DNA of 64,000 bases from Eledone cirrhosa (Eukaryota). The stretch is from contig OZ024749.1 of NCBI GenBank assembly GCA_964016885.1, positions 44,888,001 to 44,952,000 of the forward strand, written 5' to 3'. Shown here piece by piece: positions 60,728-64,000 of the stretch. Positions within the stretch are counted from its first letter, which is position 1; each line of letters opens with the position of its first letter. Below the pieces are notes generated by a model. That model made no database searches. It saw nothing but the letters and a program-made list of their open reading frames with translations, and was not told the origin of the DNA. The position numbers were made by a program, and so were the translations under genes.

Positions 60728-61097
60728 CCACACCCACACCCACACACCCACACACACACACATACTTACACACTAAAATAGATGTTGCAATCGTTGATAA
60801 ATCATTTTACCATGCGTCCATGATGTCCAATCGCACGAAAAATTGTTAAAAACCGCTGTTAAATACGTGAAGAAGTAATTAATAGCCATACTTATTCTGA
60901 AGATGGAATAGTAAAAGTCTCGAAACACTAATACATATATGTATTTTAGGAAGCTTGTAATTAAAATCAAGCATTCATGCGTAAAATACTAACAAGTAAA
61001 TTAACAAATTATAGATAACCTGTTTCAAAGAGAGGCTATTCGCTATTTCCTACACGTAGAAATATTATATGTATATATATATATATATATAAATATA

Positions 61098-61270
61098 TGA
61101 AAAAGTATGACCCCGACGGCAGAGCTCAAGCCGTTTCGACGGATATTTCTGGACTAAATTGAGCTCTGCCGTCGGGGTCATACTTTTTCCTATTGCCACT
61201 CTACTACCATAAGTATTGAGTACTCTGGTGCGTTATGGTCCATCTGGTTCCTGACCACAATTCCTTTCTT
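61098..61270 (+). mobile_element. Family A hairpin-plus-tail element with deletion at the apex
   Basis: Family A arms and tail, TA-flanked. Confidence 0.8.
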
Positions 61271-61449
61271 ATATATATATATATATATATGTCATAGGCA
61301 ACATACTTTGTCATTTCATATCAAGTAATGAAAATATGTATTCATTGGAGGTACACTATAACGAATTAGCAATTAGTGTTGCCTCTGACAAACATTTACG
61401 TGAAATATAATTAAAAAAAGGTCAACAATCTGCAATATGTGCACACATA

Positions 61450-61553
<104 letters not shown>

Positions 61554-61561
61554 TATATATA

Positions 61562-62009
61562 TGCAAAAGTTCTATTTAAATTGTTGGGATACAACAAGCA
61601 AATATTTTTATAACTGATATAAAGCACTCAACAAGTATTTGGAGTAAACATACGATATTAACAAATGGAAACTATATTTATAAAACCATATTTATTTCAT
61701 TATACATATTTCAAGGACACCAAGTTAAATTATGGTGTGCTTTCATCAGACAAAATATAATATATATCAGTTTTATAAATAAATATTGACATATCCTTAA
61801 AAAATGCAACCATTTCTGTTGACTATCCGGGAGCTTTCAACAGTAATGGTTGCATTTTTTAAGGGTATGTCAATATTTATTTATAAAACTGATCTATATT
61901 ATATTTTGTCTGATGAAAGCACACCATAATTTAACTTGGTGTCCTTGAAATATGTATAATGAAATAAATATGGTTTTATAAATATAGTTTCCATTTGTTA
62001 ATATCGTAT
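61562..62009 (-). mobile_element. Family C hairpin-plus-tail element, ~170-bp arms
   Basis: ~61650-61822 is the reverse complement of ~61837-62009. Tail 61562-61649 matches the reverse complement of ~28695-28791. Confidence 0.85.
61902..61966 (+). ncRNA. Type I hammerhead (family C), mirror copy 61693-61757 on -
   Basis: TATTTTGT-CTGATGA-AAGcACACCA(10 nt)TGGTGTcCTT-GAAA-TATGTA-TA-ATGAAATA. Confidence 0.75.
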
Positions 62010-62026
62010 ATATATATAATTATATT

Positions 62027-62147
62027 TACTAAAATAACAGATTAAAGTTTAAGCAAAGAATCGCTGCTTTCACCCTCAACGGGATCTTCTGAAACTAACA
62101 AAGTCAATCTGTGAACGCAGAAGTGAATATTTAAAAAAAAACGTTGC
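62027..62147 (-). mobile_element. Family H fragment
   Basis: Matches 16664-16775. Confidence 0.75.
62046..62096 (-). ncRNA. Hammerhead fold with U4A core variant (family H)
   Basis: AGTTT-CAGAAGA-TCCC(GTTGA)GGGT-GAAA-GCA(GCGATTCTT)TGC-TT-AAACT: all three stems pair. Confidence 0.6.
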
Positions 62148-62199
62148 TTATATATATATATATGTGTGTGTGTGTGTATGTGTGTGTGCGTGCGTGTGT

Positions 62200-62278
<79 letters not shown>

Positions 62279-62698
62279 CGTGTGTGTGTGTGTGTTTGTG
62301 TGTTTATATATTCTTAGGAGATATTTAGTTGATAGAGCGACCATTTAGTTTTTGGACACATTCCCGTGCTGCCGGCATAGATATAGGATTCTTCCACGTG
62401 TGGTTTGTTAATAAAATGACTAGAAATCTTAAAGGCAGCGAATCCAGCGCGATTAAATGCAACCGAAAAATCTTTAGTTGTCGAGCAATTAAAACAATTC
62501 TCTAGCGTGCTCTACCAGGAAATATTTTACTTTAGAAAATAACAATAATAATATGTGTATATATAACTATAGATTAGGGAATTGTCAAATGACAACCGTT
62601 TGATCGACCCACCAAAATAAACATCTTGTTGAGTCAGCCACCACTGGACGTTATAAGCTACTCTTACCTAGAACTTGGGAAACTCAATACGATATCTC

Positions 62699-62771
<73 letters not shown>

Positions 62772-63668
62772 AGTATATATATATGTATGCATGTATGTAT
62801 GTAAATATGTATGTATATCTTTTTCGGGTAGTGTTTTCGATGCTCAGAAAGTGGGATAGGTCGAGTACAAGGCCTTTCTCCCCTTAAAAAACCTTCAAAG
62901 CACAGGATATGTTATAGGTATTCGTGCCTGGCCGTAGCCTAAAAGTGTACCATTTTCTGTAATCTGACAAGCGATTGCAATATTCTTAGCAGAGTGTGCA
63001 TCCATCCAATATGGATCTACCCGTCATTAACTTTGTAAAAGTTATATATTGTCAGAATTTGTATTTAATACAGATTGTTTATTCCTATATTCCTATATGA
63101 ATGCAAGAGTAAATAACCCCATGTAGTTGTAAGACCTTCAGATCTATGTGTTCATTCCGTTACCTTTAGAATTAGGTAATACTTACATGGTGGCTGCCAA
63201 CTCGTTTTCGAGTATGGCCTCAACTTTATATCCATGTAGGAGAACCCCTACCGATGCACTCTGGTACAAACACTACACTTGTGACAATTATTGACACAGT
63301 GCTGGGCCCATAGTACCATGTGACAACAAGTACAGAGAGATCTCCAGATATAAAGCAATGCCTGTGCCGTGAAGCTTTTATAGTGAGCAAAGGCACTGCA
63401 CAAAGCCAGTCCCACTCTCTTAACCAAGATGATATTTACCAAAAAGAAGAACAAGTCAACATCATTGGATACCATCAGGGTTGCAGGTGTTATATCAGAG
63501 TTTTCCTTCTCCTAGAATTCTGCCCTGACAAAGGCTAAGGGGTCATCTCTCATACATATATACATACATACAAACATATGTACACACACACACACACATA
63601 TATATAATTATATATTTATATATACATGCATATATATGTGTATATATATATATATGTGTGTGTGTGTA

Positions 63669-63705
<37 letters not shown>

Positions 63706-64000
63706 TGTGAGGTGTGTGTGTCTGTGTGTCTGCGTGTGTGTATGTACTTGCATAAGTGAATGCATGTTCATTGTTAAACACAGAAACCTCTTGTTAAAAA
63801 TCTCAGCTTGATTATATATAACTAGCTAGATTGAAGGTTTACGTAATGACATGATATTTCAGTTAGACTGTAGATAAATAGTGGGCATTATTGTATAAGG
63901 TAACAAGGATGAAAAATAATAGTAAGTTACATATTTTAATTAGTAACTGTATAGTGGTTGTCGAATACTTTTCAAATATTCGAAAAAACAGTAAAAATGA

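Noticed and set aside
60892-60935. CTGAAGA...CGAAACACTA (similar cases near 34734 and 8847)
   Set aside because: Stems I and II do not pair convincingly, and such matches are expected by chance in AT-rich DNA.
63250-63540. 72-aa ORF, and a minus-strand CTAGGAGAAGGAAAACTCTGAT motif reminiscent of RTE-type LINE 5' regions
   Set aside because: The resemblance is from memory only and no RT or endonuclease motif was found nearby.

Overview
AT-rich eukaryotic non-coding DNA (intron or intergenic) saturated with (TA)n, (CA)n, (GA)n, (TATC)n, (ACAT)n and (ATC)n microsatellites. The SINE content and repeat texture suggest a mollusc, probably an octopus (inference). No intact host gene is visible, and almost all supplied ORFs are microsatellite artefacts. 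Recognisable elements are about 10 copies of a tRNA-derived SINE, an open-frame Tx1/L1-type RT fragment, Tx1-like LINE 3' ends, a decayed R4/Dong-like RT and a ~118-bp satellite built from (ACAT)n. The main signal is about 30 short non-coding inserts from roughly 10 families that I could not align to each other, nearly all sitting in (TA)n arrays. Many are asymmetric hairpins (inverted repeat plus an unpaired 3' tail), and most families fold by hand into a type I hammerhead ribozyme. Some cores are canonical (CUGAUGA...GAAA), others are variants (U3-A8 covariant, U4C, U4A), and in several families the fold-back apex falls in or next to the ribozyme. The best interpretation is remnants or non-autonomous derivatives of (TA)n-targeting Penelope-like retroelements. 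All folds and alignments were done by eye; family letters are my own labels and boundaries are approximate.
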